From: an uncultured virus (IMG/VR IMGVR_UViG_3300033994_002454) | Taxonomy: Duplodnaviria; Heunggongvirae; Uroviricota; Caudoviricetes | Length of the DNA stretch: 62,015 bases | Virus record (IMG/VR): IMGVR_UViG_3300033994_002454 | Location: 62,001-124,015 of that record | Strand: one strand, 5' to 3' | Shown here: positions 20,172 to 29,526 of the stretch, piece by piece | How positions within the stretch are numbered: position 1 is the first letter of the stretch | Layout of the letters: every line of letters begins with the position of its first letter | The notes under the pieces: model-generated | What the model was told of the DNA's origin: nothing | Database searches by the model: none | What the model saw: only the letters and a program-made list of their open reading frames with translations | Translations under genes and position numbers: made by a program

Positions 20172-22901
20172 TTATGAAAAACTAAAAAATTTCGCTTTAA
20201 ACGGATTTAAGTTTAAAGACCATCCAATATCATTGTAAACACCTTCCAATTTGTTTCTGATTACACTATCAAATAAGCCATCGCGATCAATGTACTTGTT
20301 GATCAATTCTGTAATTTCACTTGGGTCGTTGTAACCGTTGTAACCTATTACCTCAATTTGGTATGGGTTTGGTTTTAAATAAGCTATATACATTTTATCC
20401 CCAATTGTAAATTCAGGATGCTTTACATTAAGTTTCTTGTAACGTAAAAAGTCATTGTATATTATAGCTGCTTTAGTGTTGATTGGACATTTCAATTTCA
20501 ATTTAGAGAATAATTCACCAGCCATAGGTCTACGTTCAATATATTCACCCATTTTCTTCAATCCAGTTGGTTTAAGCAACTTTATCCACTCTACCGTTTG
20601 CATTGAATTTTTAAAGTCCATTACAAACTTATCTATGTCTTCTTTTGGTTTGCTGAATAGAATGGATTTGATAAGTTCTTCTCCAAAATTTCTAAAGTAT
20701 GGAGGGAAGTTCGATTTCATAATGTCTAATCCCTTCATCTCTAGTTCCTCAATTGGTACACCTTCTTTGTTTACAATGTAAATAGCGTAACGGCGTTTAC
20801 CAGCCCAATATGCTTTTTCAGCGATTACCTCCTGCTTTAACACGAAGTGGTGTTTACCAGTCATATTGAATAGATCTTGCGTAATATTGTTTAGATTTGC
20901 GTTTGCTACATCTTGAAGTTCCTCTGTTAAAACTAGTAATCGTTTAATTTTTTCTTCACGATCTTCGTAGTTTAAATCAGGGTTACGCTTTTTAAGCAAA
21001 TCCGTTAATTCCATGTAAAGTGAATCGGTATCCGAAGCAATCACAAATGGTTTTAAATCAATTTCAAGTTGATCAGAAATATATTGGTTTACAAAGTTAA
21101 TCGATTCTTTTGTAAGGCGTTGACCACTGTTTGTAATACCTGCAGAGCACATTTTAAATCCATCAGTAAAACGCCATGAATTAATTGCATATGTACCATA
21201 TAAAGCGTTTTGTAAGATTTTAAACGCCATTTGATACAAATCATATAGTTTATAATTTGCCCAATCTTCCGCTTTACCTGCTTTTTTCTTAAGTGCTCGA
21301 TAATGCTCTCGCTGATCGAACCAATCTTCAAGTACCTCACAAGCAATACTTTTTTTATCGGTTGTAAAAAACGCTCCACTAGCTGAAATAGTCCATTGAT
21401 TATCTTCAATAAGATTAATTAAGTATCCTATTGCTATATTGGCATCTTTAAGTTGATAGGAGTATCGGTTTAGTTTTTGAATGCGTATTTTTTCTTCAGG
21501 ATCACGTTTTTTAAGTTGCTCAAGTGAATTGTACTGTTCGTAATTATCTTTTGTAACAATTCTACCTACTAATGTTTCAACACCTAAATTAAGGGATTTT
21601 ATAATCGAAGGATACAGTGAAGTAAAGTCTAAGTCGGATACATCCGAATACAACCCTGGGATAGGGTCAAGTAAATATCCACCTGCGTAACTGTCTTTTT
21701 TCTTAACCGTTTTAGGGTTACGGGAAATATATTTTCCAGACATTGTTTTAATGATAATCTGTTTATCTTCAAAGCTATACACCGTACCTTCAATTGTAGG
21801 AGTACCTCTTTGATGTACTACATGATCGCCTAACTCTAAATCTCTAATCGTGGGATTTGTAGTTGTTGGTTTATTTGGTGCGATAATACCTTTACGTTTT
21901 AAATACGTTAAAATAGCACCTTCATTCAATATAGTATTGTAGTAGATTGATTCATATGGTGTATGACATAGGTGAGAAATCAAAACTGTCAATTCAATAA
22001 ACTTTAATTTTTCCTCTAACGCTTCTATAATTTCAACGTCTCGAATGTTATAGTCTATAAATTTGTTTGGATCTTCTCTAAACAATGTGTCAAGATTACC
22101 ATTGTATTCTATCTTACCTAGTTTAGCATACTTTGTTCCAATATCACCTAACTTGTAAGATGGTTCTTCCTTCATAATGTACTTGCGAAGCAAGTGCATA
22201 AAATCAAGACAGTTAACTAAGCCAATTCGAATTGGGGAATTTGGTTGGGATGGTACTTCTTCAACTTTACCTATAGGGGATAAACGGTTTACTTCATCTC
22301 CTAAACGTTTTTTAATTCTATAGTATAAGTACGGGATATCAAAGAAATCACTGTTGTAACCTACTACAATTGTAGGGTCCATCTGTTCCCATTTCAATAA
22401 AAACTTGCGTAACAATGTATTTTCATCAGGACAAGGTATAATTACTTTACCATCTGAATTTAGCTCTTCTATTTTATTGTCTTTATCTAGGATAAAACAT
22501 ATTTTTTCCTTGGTAGAAGTGTCAATTAAGGCAATTGCTGTAACTTCAGCATTTGCTTCTTTAATTGTTTGTGGAGTAAGTGCACCTAAAATTTCAATCT
22601 CAATATCTAAATAAACGGTATTGTGATAAGAGGGCATTTCATCTGTTTCGAAATACAAATCCCTCAACAGTACAAGTTCACGATCAATATCTTTTTCTAA
22701 AATAGTAGGATCTTTTCTATCGTACTTGCCTTGAAGAGGAGAACATCTATCACCAAATAGTGTTTCGAATTCCCCCTCTTCATCAAGTTTATAGACAGTG
22801 GGCCAATACTGGAATTTGTGTATTCCTTTTTTGTCATCCCTGAGATAGTAACTCCATTGATCTTCCCCAGGTAATCTGTTATAGAAAACCGCTTGATACA
22901 T
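20172..22901 (-). CDS. family B DNA polymerase
   Basis: DIE, GYNSDFFD, YNIRD exonuclease motifs; DFTSLYPS, KILQNALYG, SDTDS polymerase motifs. Confidence 0.97.
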   Translation of the reverse strand: MYQAVFYNRLPGEDQWSYYLRDDKKGIHKFQYWPTVYKLDEEGEFETLFGDRCSPLQGKYDRKDPTILEKDIDRELVLLRDLYFETDEMPSYHNTVYLDIEIEILGALTPQTIKEANAEVTAIALIDTSTKEKICFILDKDNKIEELNSDGKVIIPCPDENTLLRKFLLKWEQMDPTIVVGYNSDFFDIPYLYYRIKKRLGDEVNRLSPIGKVEEVPSQPNSPIRIGLVNCLDFMHLLRKYIMKEEPSYKLGDIGTKYAKLGKIEYNGNLDTLFREDPNKFIDYNIRDVEIIEALEEKLKFIELTVLISHLCHTPYESIYYNTILNEGAILTYLKRKGIIAPNKPTTTNPTIRDLELGDHVVHQRGTPTIEGTVYSFEDKQIIIKTMSGKYISRNPKTVKKKDSYAGGYLLDPIPGLYSDVSDLDFTSLYPSIIKSLNLGVETLVGRIVTKDNYEQYNSLEQLKKRDPEEKIRIQKLNRYSYQLKDANIAIGYLINLIEDNQWTISASGAFFTTDKKSIACEVLEDWFDQREHYRALKKKAGKAEDWANYKLYDLYQMAFKILQNALYGTYAINSWRFTDGFKMCSAGITNSGQRLTKESINFVNQYISDQLEIDLKPFVIASDTDSLYMELTDLLKKRNPDLNYEDREEKIKRLLVLTEELQDVANANLNNITQDLFNMTGKHHFVLKQEVIAEKAYWAGKRRYAIYIVNKEGVPIEELEMKGLDIMKSNFPPYFRNFGEELIKSILFSKPKEDIDKFVMDFKNSMQTVEWIKLLKPTGLKKMGEYIERRPMAGELFSKLKLKCPINTKAAIIYNDFLRYKKLNVKHPEFTIGDKMYIAYLKPNPYQIEVIGYNGYNDPSEITELINKYIDRDGLFDSVIRNKLEGVYNDIGWSLNLNPFKAKFFSFS

Positions 22902-22925
22902 AACTTTTATTAAAAAACTAAATTA

Positions 22926-23225
22926 TTATTTTTTAGACTTTGTCTTTTTAGTTGTAATTTCTCCTGTTACATCTTCAACAGTAACTTCTTCTGCTATGTC
23001 TTCAATTGTAAACTCTTCAATTACATCTTCAATAGTAACTTCCTCCGCTACTACTTCTTCAACTACAGGAGCAGGCATTGATAAAATTTCTTCTTGAGAT
23101 GATTTAGTATTTAAAGAATGTTCTAATTCATTTACTAGTTGAATTAAATCATAAAACCTAACATTGGGTTGAGAACAATGTATAGTGTGTTTTAAATCAA
23201 AAATAATTTGTTGTGGGTTTCTCAT
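22926..23225 (-). CDS. acidic hypothetical protein with 9-aa tandem repeat
   Basis: AEEVTIEDV/IEEFTIEDI/AEEVTVEDV then basic tail. Confidence 0.55.
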   Translation of the reverse strand: MRNPQQIIFDLKHTIHCSQPNVRFYDLIQLVNELEHSLNTKSSQEEILSMPAPVVEEVVAEEVTIEDVIEEFTIEDIAEEVTVEDVTGEITTKKTKSKK

Positions 23226-23231
23226 GTTTTA

Positions 23232-23897
23232 TTATTTAAAAAATTGTGTTAAATCAGGTCTAAAATAGTTAATGTTTTTCATTACTTTGCGATCACGTGT
23301 TCTATAGACGATAAAATATTTACCAACCTTTTCATAGTGACACGGTTCCTTTTGCTCTTCGGAGCGAACTCTAACGGTTTCTTGTGCCTCTTCTTCACTA
23401 AAGCAAGCTTTGCTAAGATTTGACGCTTGTACTTCTTGATATGCGGGCCATAATTTATCCTTAAGACCATGCAACATAGTTCCGTTTCCAAGGGAAACGT
23501 AGGCAATGTCACATAGAGCATCAAGAACTTCAACAATGTCTCCTTGTTCACATGCATGTTTATATTCTTCTAGTTCTTCCAAAATAAAGTTATAGACAAA
23601 CATCCATTCCTTCTCAGCGGGAATGACCGGGGTATAATTATTGGGCTTTCCCATAATTGCATTAAACTCTTCAACTTCATCGACAAAAGGTAAAAAATCT
23701 TTCCCTATTTCGGGGTAACTTAGGTTTTGAGCAATTACACTCATTCCCTCTACTACTTCAGGATCATTTTTAACTACTTCTCCTTTAATAACAATATCTC
23801 CATTTTCACGGAACTCTACTAAAGGTTTTTCATTATCAAAAAAACAAATAGTATTGTCTGGGATATTGAATTTTTCTTGAATTTCTTTTCTATCCAT
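23232..23897 (-). CDS. NTP pyrophosphohydrolase (PRA-PH/MazG-like)
   Basis: ILEELEEY, EVLDALCDIAYV, EVQASNLSK, KVMK..Y..PDL. Confidence 0.85.
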   Translation of the reverse strand: MDRKEIQEKFNIPDNTICFFDNEKPLVEFRENGDIVIKGEVVKNDPEVVEGMSVIAQNLSYPEIGKDFLPFVDEVEEFNAIMGKPNNYTPVIPAEKEWMFVYNFILEELEEYKHACEQGDIVEVLDALCDIAYVSLGNGTMLHGLKDKLWPAYQEVQASNLSKACFSEEEAQETVRVRSEEQKEPCHYEKVGKYFIVYRTRDRKVMKNINYFRPDLTQFFK

Positions 23898-24051
23898 GAT
23901 TTTCTTTTATGTTTTGAATTTCTTTATTTAACTTATTCCATTCTTGAATTACATCATCTCCAAGTTCAATTTTAGACATTATTGAAAGATCGATTACTTG
24001 GCCTTTAAGAAGATCAATTAATTCTTCTTGTTTTTGTTCTAACTCTGTCAT
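23890..24051 (-). CDS. hypothetical protein
   Basis: 53-aa ORF tightly packed in operon (MTELEQK...). Confidence 0.5.
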   Translation of the reverse strand: MTELEQKQEELIDLLKGQVIDLSIMSKIELGDDVIQEWNKLNKEIQNIKENHG

Positions 24052-24052
24052 A

Positions 24053-24280
24053 TTAAAATGGAGTTGAAGGGTCAATTAATTTCAATGCTTGAAGGGTTTC
24101 AAGTTTATCTTCAGCTTCAGCTAATTGGGCTACAAATTTGTCCATTTCTTCAAGGTGTTGTGGGTGTTCTCCAATACCAACTGAACTTGTAAAATAGATT
24201 GCTAGTGTTGCTTTTGCTTCAGCAATTTGGGCTAGATATTTTGACTCTAAAGCCTCATAGAGTAATTGTGTTTTGTCCAT
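24053..24280 (-). CDS. conserved-type small phage protein
   Basis: Y...VGIGEHPQ..EE.DK motif typical of T4-like phage small proteins. Confidence 0.6.
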   Translation of the reverse strand: MDKTQLLYEALESKYLAQIAEAKATLAIYFTSSVGIGEHPQHLEEMDKFVAQLAEAEDKLETLQALKLIDPSTPF

Positions 24281-24285
24281 AACTT

Positions 24286-24984
24286 TTAAATTTGGTGTCC
24301 ACCATTATTAATTTTAATACTATCGAAAAATTCCTTACGTGCTTGGTTATCGTTTTCAATAAACACACCTGATGCTTTGGTAGTAACCATAGAAGCACCT
24401 TGATGTTTTACTCCTCTACAAGATACGCAATTGTGAGTTGCTACTACTGTAACGATAATACCTCTATTTCCTTCACATACTTTGTTTACTGCATTGTGGA
24501 CTGCTGAGGTTAACTGTTCTTGAATTGCTCCTCTACGGCCAAATAATTCTACAATGCGGTTTAGTTTAGATAAACCAATTACTCGTCCACCTTCTCCAAC
24601 TACATAGCCAATATGAACTACTCCTCCAATTGTTTGGTGGTGGTGTGAACACATTGAAGTAACTGGGATATTTCGCTCAATTACAATGCCATCGTATCCG
24701 TCTGATGGAAATGAAGTAATATCTGACATTGCAGTATATCTACCTGCCCATAAGTCAAATACATAAGCTTTAGCTACTCGACGAGGTGTTTCTGATGAAT
24801 TTGGGTCGTTTCGCCAATCACATCCTAAAGCATCTAGGAATTGGCCGTAAGCAGCTTCTGCTTTATCAACCATATCCCATTTTTCTTTCTCAGTAAGGGG
24901 AAAACCAGGTGCAACTCCATTTGCAAAACCTACTTGTACACATTCTAGTTCTGTGTGTTTTTTTCTACGTGTGTTTTCTGACAT
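24286..24984 (-). CDS. folE: GTP cyclohydrolase I
   Basis: ETPRRVAK, SMCSHH, GLSKLNRIV, IQEQLT, HNCVSCRGV. Confidence 0.96.
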   Translation of the reverse strand: MSENTRRKKHTELECVQVGFANGVAPGFPLTEKEKWDMVDKAEAAYGQFLDALGCDWRNDPNSSETPRRVAKAYVFDLWAGRYTAMSDITSFPSDGYDGIVIERNIPVTSMCSHHHQTIGGVVHIGYVVGEGGRVIGLSKLNRIVELFGRRGAIQEQLTSAVHNAVNKVCEGNRGIIVTVVATHNCVSCRGVKHQGASMVTTKASGVFIENDNQARKEFFDSIKINNGGHQI

Positions 24985-25009
24985 ATAACTTAATTATTTT
25001 ATATAAATG

Positions 25010-25035
25010 TAATAAGGCCCCTTTAAGGGGCCAAA
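25010..25035 (-). terminator. hairpin terminator between fibre gene and folE
   Basis: Sense GGCCCCT-TAA-AGGGGCC then TTATTACATTT. Confidence 0.6.
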
Positions 25036-25061
25036 TTATTTTTTAAAAATGTTGGATTTTT

Positions 25062-26666
25062 TTATGCTAATGATCCTGATTTCCAAGCACCATCTAAATA
25101 AACATAAAAGAAATAGTTACTACCATCAACTCCAAATACCATTTCACCTTTTTTACCAGTATATGCTGGTGGGCCATCTAATACTTTAGGTAAAGCAAGC
25201 CCTCCAGATACTTCAAGAGATCCTGAAATTTTTCCATCACCTTTAATATCTACTGAACCTGTAATTTCTGTAGGTCCTGTTACTGTAACTGAACCTGTTG
25301 TAGAGGTTGAACCTGTAATTGAAACTGATCCTGTAAATGTTGTGTCTCCGTATAATACGTTTCCATCACAACAGAAAGTTGCAGTTTGAGTTGGAGTAGC
25401 TGAACCAGATCCCATTAAAATATCTGCACCATCAGGTTGCAAATCTGGGGTTTGGTTTCCAATATGAATTACAGGCATTGGGCTATATGCTGTAAGTGTT
25501 GGGGTTGAATACTCAATAATAGTAAGTGTTTGAGTCCATGTTGAACTTATATAGTTTACTGTTTGAGTAGTTCCTGTTATTGTATTGTATAATTGAAGTG
25601 TTCCTCCATTTGCAGCAGCAGATGCTGAAATGGCTGTTCTAACATCTCCATAAGAAGGATCTAACCAAGTGTAGTTAAGGAATACACTAGCAGATGGTTT
25701 TGAAAATCTAACTGACCCTTCATATCCATACCATGATGTTGCTTCATCTCCAGGACAATACATTTCAATACATCCTGTTACAATCAGCCCATCATGTAAA
25801 TTTGTAGGACCATATACATCTAATCCACCTGAAATTGTTACATCACTGTATAATGTAATTCCATCACAACAGAAAGAAGCAACTGGTGTTAAAGATCCGG
25901 TTCCAATTGGGTAGATTGGGGTAGCACCTGGGATAGGTGTTGGGAATCCTATTTGAACTAATGTTCCTGTAGCAATTTCAGGACCAGAAGCTGAAATGTA
26001 TGTAACTACACCATCAAAATCTGTTCCTGAGTATCCATAAGGGGCATATACTCCAGTAGCAGGATCATAAATGTAGCATACGTTGTTTGAAGAGGCAGCT
26101 GCAGCAGCAATTCCTGCTGTTAAATCTCCATATGTACTAAAGTTAATAGAAACATATTCAAATCCAGCTGGGGATGGAGTTGTACGACCATCAATTGCCC
26201 AGAAAATAGGGTTACCTTCGTCGTTATAGCAATTAATATCTAAACATCCACTAATAGTTACATCACCTGTAAAATCAGTATCACCTAATACTCCAAATGA
26301 ACCTGTAACTGTTGTATCTCCTTCAACTTCTACAGTCCAATCAGATCCTTCTGAACCTGTAACTGTTATTGAACTGGTGATACTCCAATATGAAGCGGAA
26401 GTTGATCCTGTGGTTGATTGTTGGTTTAAGCTTCCTGAACCAATAAGTAAAGATCCAGATTTTAAAATTAAATTTCCTTCGTTGATTAAAACATCTCCTT
26501 TATCAGTATCTAAAGATCCTGTAAGAGTAATAGAACCACTAAATGTGGTGTTAGAATCATTAAATTCTATTTCTTTTCCGGCAGGTGTAATGATAGTTAC
26601 ATTTCCTGTTAATCTAATATTATCACCTAAAGTAGGTTCAATATTATTAACTTTTAAAGTGCTCAT
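25062..26666 (-). CDS. fibre/spike-like virion protein
   Basis: MSTLKVNNI start, many TGS/ITGS repeats, GEM.F....FYVY..GAW C-terminus; late-type motif at 26677-26686. Confidence 0.7.
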   Translation of the reverse strand: MSTLKVNNIEPTLGDNIRLTGNVTIITPAGKEIEFNDSNTTFSGSITLTGSLDTDKGDVLINEGNLILKSGSLLIGSGSLNQQSTTGSTSASYWSITSSITVTGSEGSDWTVEVEGDTTVTGSFGVLGDTDFTGDVTISGCLDINCYNDEGNPIFWAIDGRTTPSPAGFEYVSINFSTYGDLTAGIAAAAASSNNVCYIYDPATGVYAPYGYSGTDFDGVVTYISASGPEIATGTLVQIGFPTPIPGATPIYPIGTGSLTPVASFCCDGITLYSDVTISGGLDVYGPTNLHDGLIVTGCIEMYCPGDEATSWYGYEGSVRFSKPSASVFLNYTWLDPSYGDVRTAISASAAANGGTLQLYNTITGTTQTVNYISSTWTQTLTIIEYSTPTLTAYSPMPVIHIGNQTPDLQPDGADILMGSGSATPTQTATFCCDGNVLYGDTTFTGSVSITGSTSTTGSVTVTGPTEITGSVDIKGDGKISGSLEVSGGLALPKVLDGPPAYTGKKGEMVFGVDGSNYFFYVYLDGAWKSGSLA

Positions 26667-26710
26667 TTTATTTTTCTTATAAATATAAAAAAAGGGTAGA
26701 AAATAATATT

Positions 26711-27493
26711 CTATACCCCTCTTTTAGTGTCAAATGCAATAATGTGGTCTCGTCCTGTCATATTGTACCCTTTTTCAGCACACATATCAAATACAAGTGG
26801 ATACATTTTAATTAACTCTTCTCTTGTATCACCAGCAGGCATAATAAAGGTTTTATGTTTTGGAATATCTAATGCAACTCTAAACGCTTCAATTTCAGCT
26901 AAATTTTCTTCAGTACCATCCCAAACTGGTTTGTAGTGGTAATCGGAATGATGAGTAATCATTTGTTTGATTGTATCTAATTTTAAGCGAAATTTATTGT
27001 GTTGATCAATCATTTTTTGATCCACAATCGCTCCTTGAGGCGTAACAGCACCAAGTACGGGTATAGAATTACCAAATTTAGGACTGAGCGATATAAGAGA
27101 TATAGGATAGTCAGTAGGAAGGAAATGAGAACCTTCGGTTTCAATAGTAATAATAATACCTCTTTCATATGCAAAATATGTTAATTCATTAACTAATTTA
27201 GGGTGCATTGTAGGTGAACCACCTGTTAACATCATTTCTTTAATATGAGGGTTTTCGTCATATATTTTGATAATGTCGTTAAATGTAAATGTTCCTTTTT
27301 CTGGGTGGATTGAGGTGTACCAACTGTCACACCAACCACCTTCACCAAAGAAACATCTATGAGTACAACCTGTTGTTCTAATTGCTATTGTAGGGCGTCC
27401 AAAACGAGATCCCTCGCTTTGAACACATCTATATAGTTCTACTATTGGTAAAACTTTGTTATAATCTTCTATTCTTCCTAATTTTGATTCCAT
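26711..27493 (-). CDS. queE: 7-carboxy-7-deazaguanine synthase (radical SAM)
   Basis: VQSEG...GRP..IRT.GC, LTGGSP, TIETEG, SLSPK; clustered with queD/queC. Confidence 0.93.
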   Translation of the reverse strand: MESKLGRIEDYNKVLPIVELYRCVQSEGSRFGRPTIAIRTTGCTHRCFFGEGGWCDSWYTSIHPEKGTFTFNDIIKIYDENPHIKEMMLTGGSPTMHPKLVNELTYFAYERGIIITIETEGSHFLPTDYPISLISLSPKFGNSIPVLGAVTPQGAIVDQKMIDQHNKFRLKLDTIKQMITHHSDYHYKPVWDGTEENLAEIEAFRVALDIPKHKTFIMPAGDTREELIKMYPLVFDMCAEKGYNMTGRDHIIAFDTKRGV

Positions 27494-27726
27494 AAATCTT
27501 TTACTTGCGATTCAGATAAAACTCCAGATTGTTTTTGAGCAACTTGCCCGTCTTTTAAAAATACAAGCGTAGGTACACTTTTTATACCATAAGCTGAGGT
27601 CATGCCAGGATCTGCATCCACATCAATAAATGCAACTGGGATTGTTTGCCCTACACGTTCCATAATCGGTTTAAAATTTTTACATGGTTGGCACCATGTT
27701 GCGCTGAAATAAAGTATTTCTTTCAT
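27478..27726 (-). CDS. thioredoxin
   Basis: FSATWCQPC, IKSVPTL. Confidence 0.92.
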   Translation of the reverse strand: MKEILYFSATWCQPCKNFKPIMERVGQTIPVAFIDVDADPGMTSAYGIKSVPTLVFLKDGQVAQKQSGVLSESQVKDLWNQN

Positions 27727-27794
27727 TTTGTTATTGTGTATATAAATTTAATATTACCAAAAGTGGTGGTTGTTGTATAATAACTATTCTCCAT
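27723..27794 (-). CDS. candidate 23-aa microprotein MENSYYTTTTTFGNIKFIYTITK
   Basis: Fills the queD-thioredoxin gap, has AAGTT-ATG context and ATGA coupling. Confidence 0.45.
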   Translation of the reverse strand: MENSYYTTTTTFGNIKFIYTITK

Positions 27795-28248
27795 AACTTG
27801 CTGAGTTTCTTTCATGTTCATAAACTTCAATTTTAGTGGCTTTAACTCTGCCGTTTGTTTCTACTGCTAGAAAATCATTTATTGTATGATATAAATATTC
27901 TGCAAATCGTTCACATCCTGTAGCAGGTAAAATTCGTAATTGTATAATACCTTCCGCATTCATTTGTTTAAATAAAGTTAAATGAGGATCATCTTCAGCT
28001 ATGATTGTAGTGTGGTCTAAAAGGTATGCAAAATAGTCTTTTGGAGACATACCTTCGATTTGTGTTTTTGCACGTTTCATACCACCAAAATCCCAAACCC
28101 AATTTCTTTCATCTAGTTCGCCTTCGAACCATACTCTAAATGAAACTGCATAACCATGTAAAAATTTACAATGTGTTCCATCTGCTTTCCATTGACGGAA
28201 ACATGTTGAGTAACCGTCAAATAATTTTGTTGAATTAAATTTTGCCAT
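27784..28248 (-). CDS. queD: 6-carboxy-tetrahydropterin synthase (QueD/PTPS family)
   Basis: HCKFLHGY, LDERNWVWDFG, LDHT, CE.FA, VYEHERNSA. Confidence 0.9.
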   Translation of the reverse strand: MAKFNSTKLFDGYSTCFRQWKADGTHCKFLHGYAVSFRVWFEGELDERNWVWDFGGMKRAKTQIEGMSPKDYFAYLLDHTTIIAEDDPHLTLFKQMNAEGIIQLRILPATGCERFAEYLYHTINDFLAVETNGRVKATKIEVYEHERNSASYGE

Positions 28249-28384
28249 TTTCATTTGTTTTTGGTTTACGTCCTCGTTTTTTAATTTCTGTATCAATATC
28301 AGAAAGATAAATTGTAATGTATTCAGGAGTGATTTGGTCTAATCCTACTCCAGTACAAACTTTAATTGTTTTTTTCTTTTCCAT
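28235..28384 (-). CDS. small hypothetical protein with KKRGRKPK
   Basis: 49-aa ORF with AAAGTT-ATG context. Confidence 0.5.
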   Translation of the reverse strand: MEKKKTIKVCTGVGLDQITPEYITIYLSDIDTEIKKRGRKPKTNENGKI

Positions 28385-28418
28385 AACTTTTTGGTATAAT
28401 TCCCAGTCTAATATACAA

Positions 28419-29366
28419 CTATCCTTCATGTGTTTCAAGTACTTTTGTTACTTCTTTTACTACATGGTTCCATGTTACAGGACCTTCTTCGTCTGCATAT
28501 AATACAGGATCTTTTCTTCCTAGTTTAATAAATGCTTCTACACGTTCTACGGAACTTGCTGATTTGTAATCGGAAAACCATTCTTTGACTTCAACAATGT
28601 CATCTCCCTCTTCGTAAGCGAATTCATGGTAAATTGGTTTATATGAAGTGTTTGTACGTGAGTATACTTCGTTAAAATCAAGTCCTAATTCACTACATAA
28701 TTTTTCTCCATCTTGCAAAATAATAAATTTGTCTCCATCAAGATAAGGTGTAAAGTAACCTACTTTTTCAGAACCCCAGTTACCTACTCTAAAGGCATGG
28801 TCATCTGCATCTCTAAATTCTTGTCTACAATCAGGATAAATTGCATGGTCACCTGCATGTATTCCAAGTGCAATATCACATTGTTCACCTGTTTTATCTG
28901 CAATTGAAAGTGCAACTGCTTGAACAATAGAAGCAAATATTTTGTTTCGGTTAGGAACAACTGTTGCTTTCATATTTTCTTCAGCATAGTGTCCTTCAGG
29001 TACTTCATCTCCACCTGTTACTAAAGCTGAGTTGAGTAAGTCTGTTAATCCGTCTAATTTGATGACACGATAAGTGATAGGGGATGCTTCGCCTTTTACT
29101 TCTTTAATCATATCACTAAAACCTTCCGGAGTTATACCATGAAATTTCAATAAATCATTTTGAATTTGATCTAAATTTCCTGTTACTTTAATTTTGGTTT
29201 CATTAATGTAATCTACCAACGATTTAGCTCGTTCAAGCTCAACTCGATGTTTTTGTCCATAATCAAATGAAATTGCTGTTACTGTGTCGTATTCTTTTAG
29301 ACAGCGTAACAAAAGTGTGCTGGAATCCATTCCTCCAGACAGGGAAATTACTACATGTTTTTCCAT
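28419..29366 (-). CDS. queC: 7-cyano-7-deazaguanine synthase
   Basis: SLSGGMDS, FDYGQKH..E, TVVPNRN, YPDCRQEF. Confidence 0.95.
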   Translation of the reverse strand: MEKHVVISLSGGMDSSTLLLRCLKEYDTVTAISFDYGQKHRVELERAKSLVDYINETKIKVTGNLDQIQNDLLKFHGITPEGFSDMIKEVKGEASPITYRVIKLDGLTDLLNSALVTGGDEVPEGHYAEENMKATVVPNRNKIFASIVQAVALSIADKTGEQCDIALGIHAGDHAIYPDCRQEFRDADDHAFRVGNWGSEKVGYFTPYLDGDKFIILQDGEKLCSELGLDFNEVYSRTNTSYKPIYHEFAYEEGDDIVEVKEWFSDYKSASSVERVEAFIKLGRKDPVLYADEEGPVTWNHVVKEVTKVLETHEG

Positions 29367-29524
29367 AATTCGTCGTTATTTAATTTTTTAAATTGTTTTT
29401 CGGTTAATCCTCTCATTAACATATAAACTTTAAAGTCAATATCCAAGAGCCTCCAATGGTCGTACCATTCAGATTTCCAGACTTCACGAAATTTTTCAAA
29501 TTCTTGTTTTGTTAATTTATCCAT
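29351..29524 (-). CDS. 57-aa hypothetical protein (not in ORF track)
   Basis: Manual translation MDKLTKQEFEKFREVWKSEWYDHWRLLDIDFKVYMLMRGLTEKQFKKLNNDELWKNM; fills gap exactly. Confidence 0.55.
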   Translation of the reverse strand: MDKLTKQEFEKFREVWKSEWYDHWRLLDIDFKVYMLMRGLTEKQFKKLNNDELWKNM

Positions 29525-29526
29525 AG

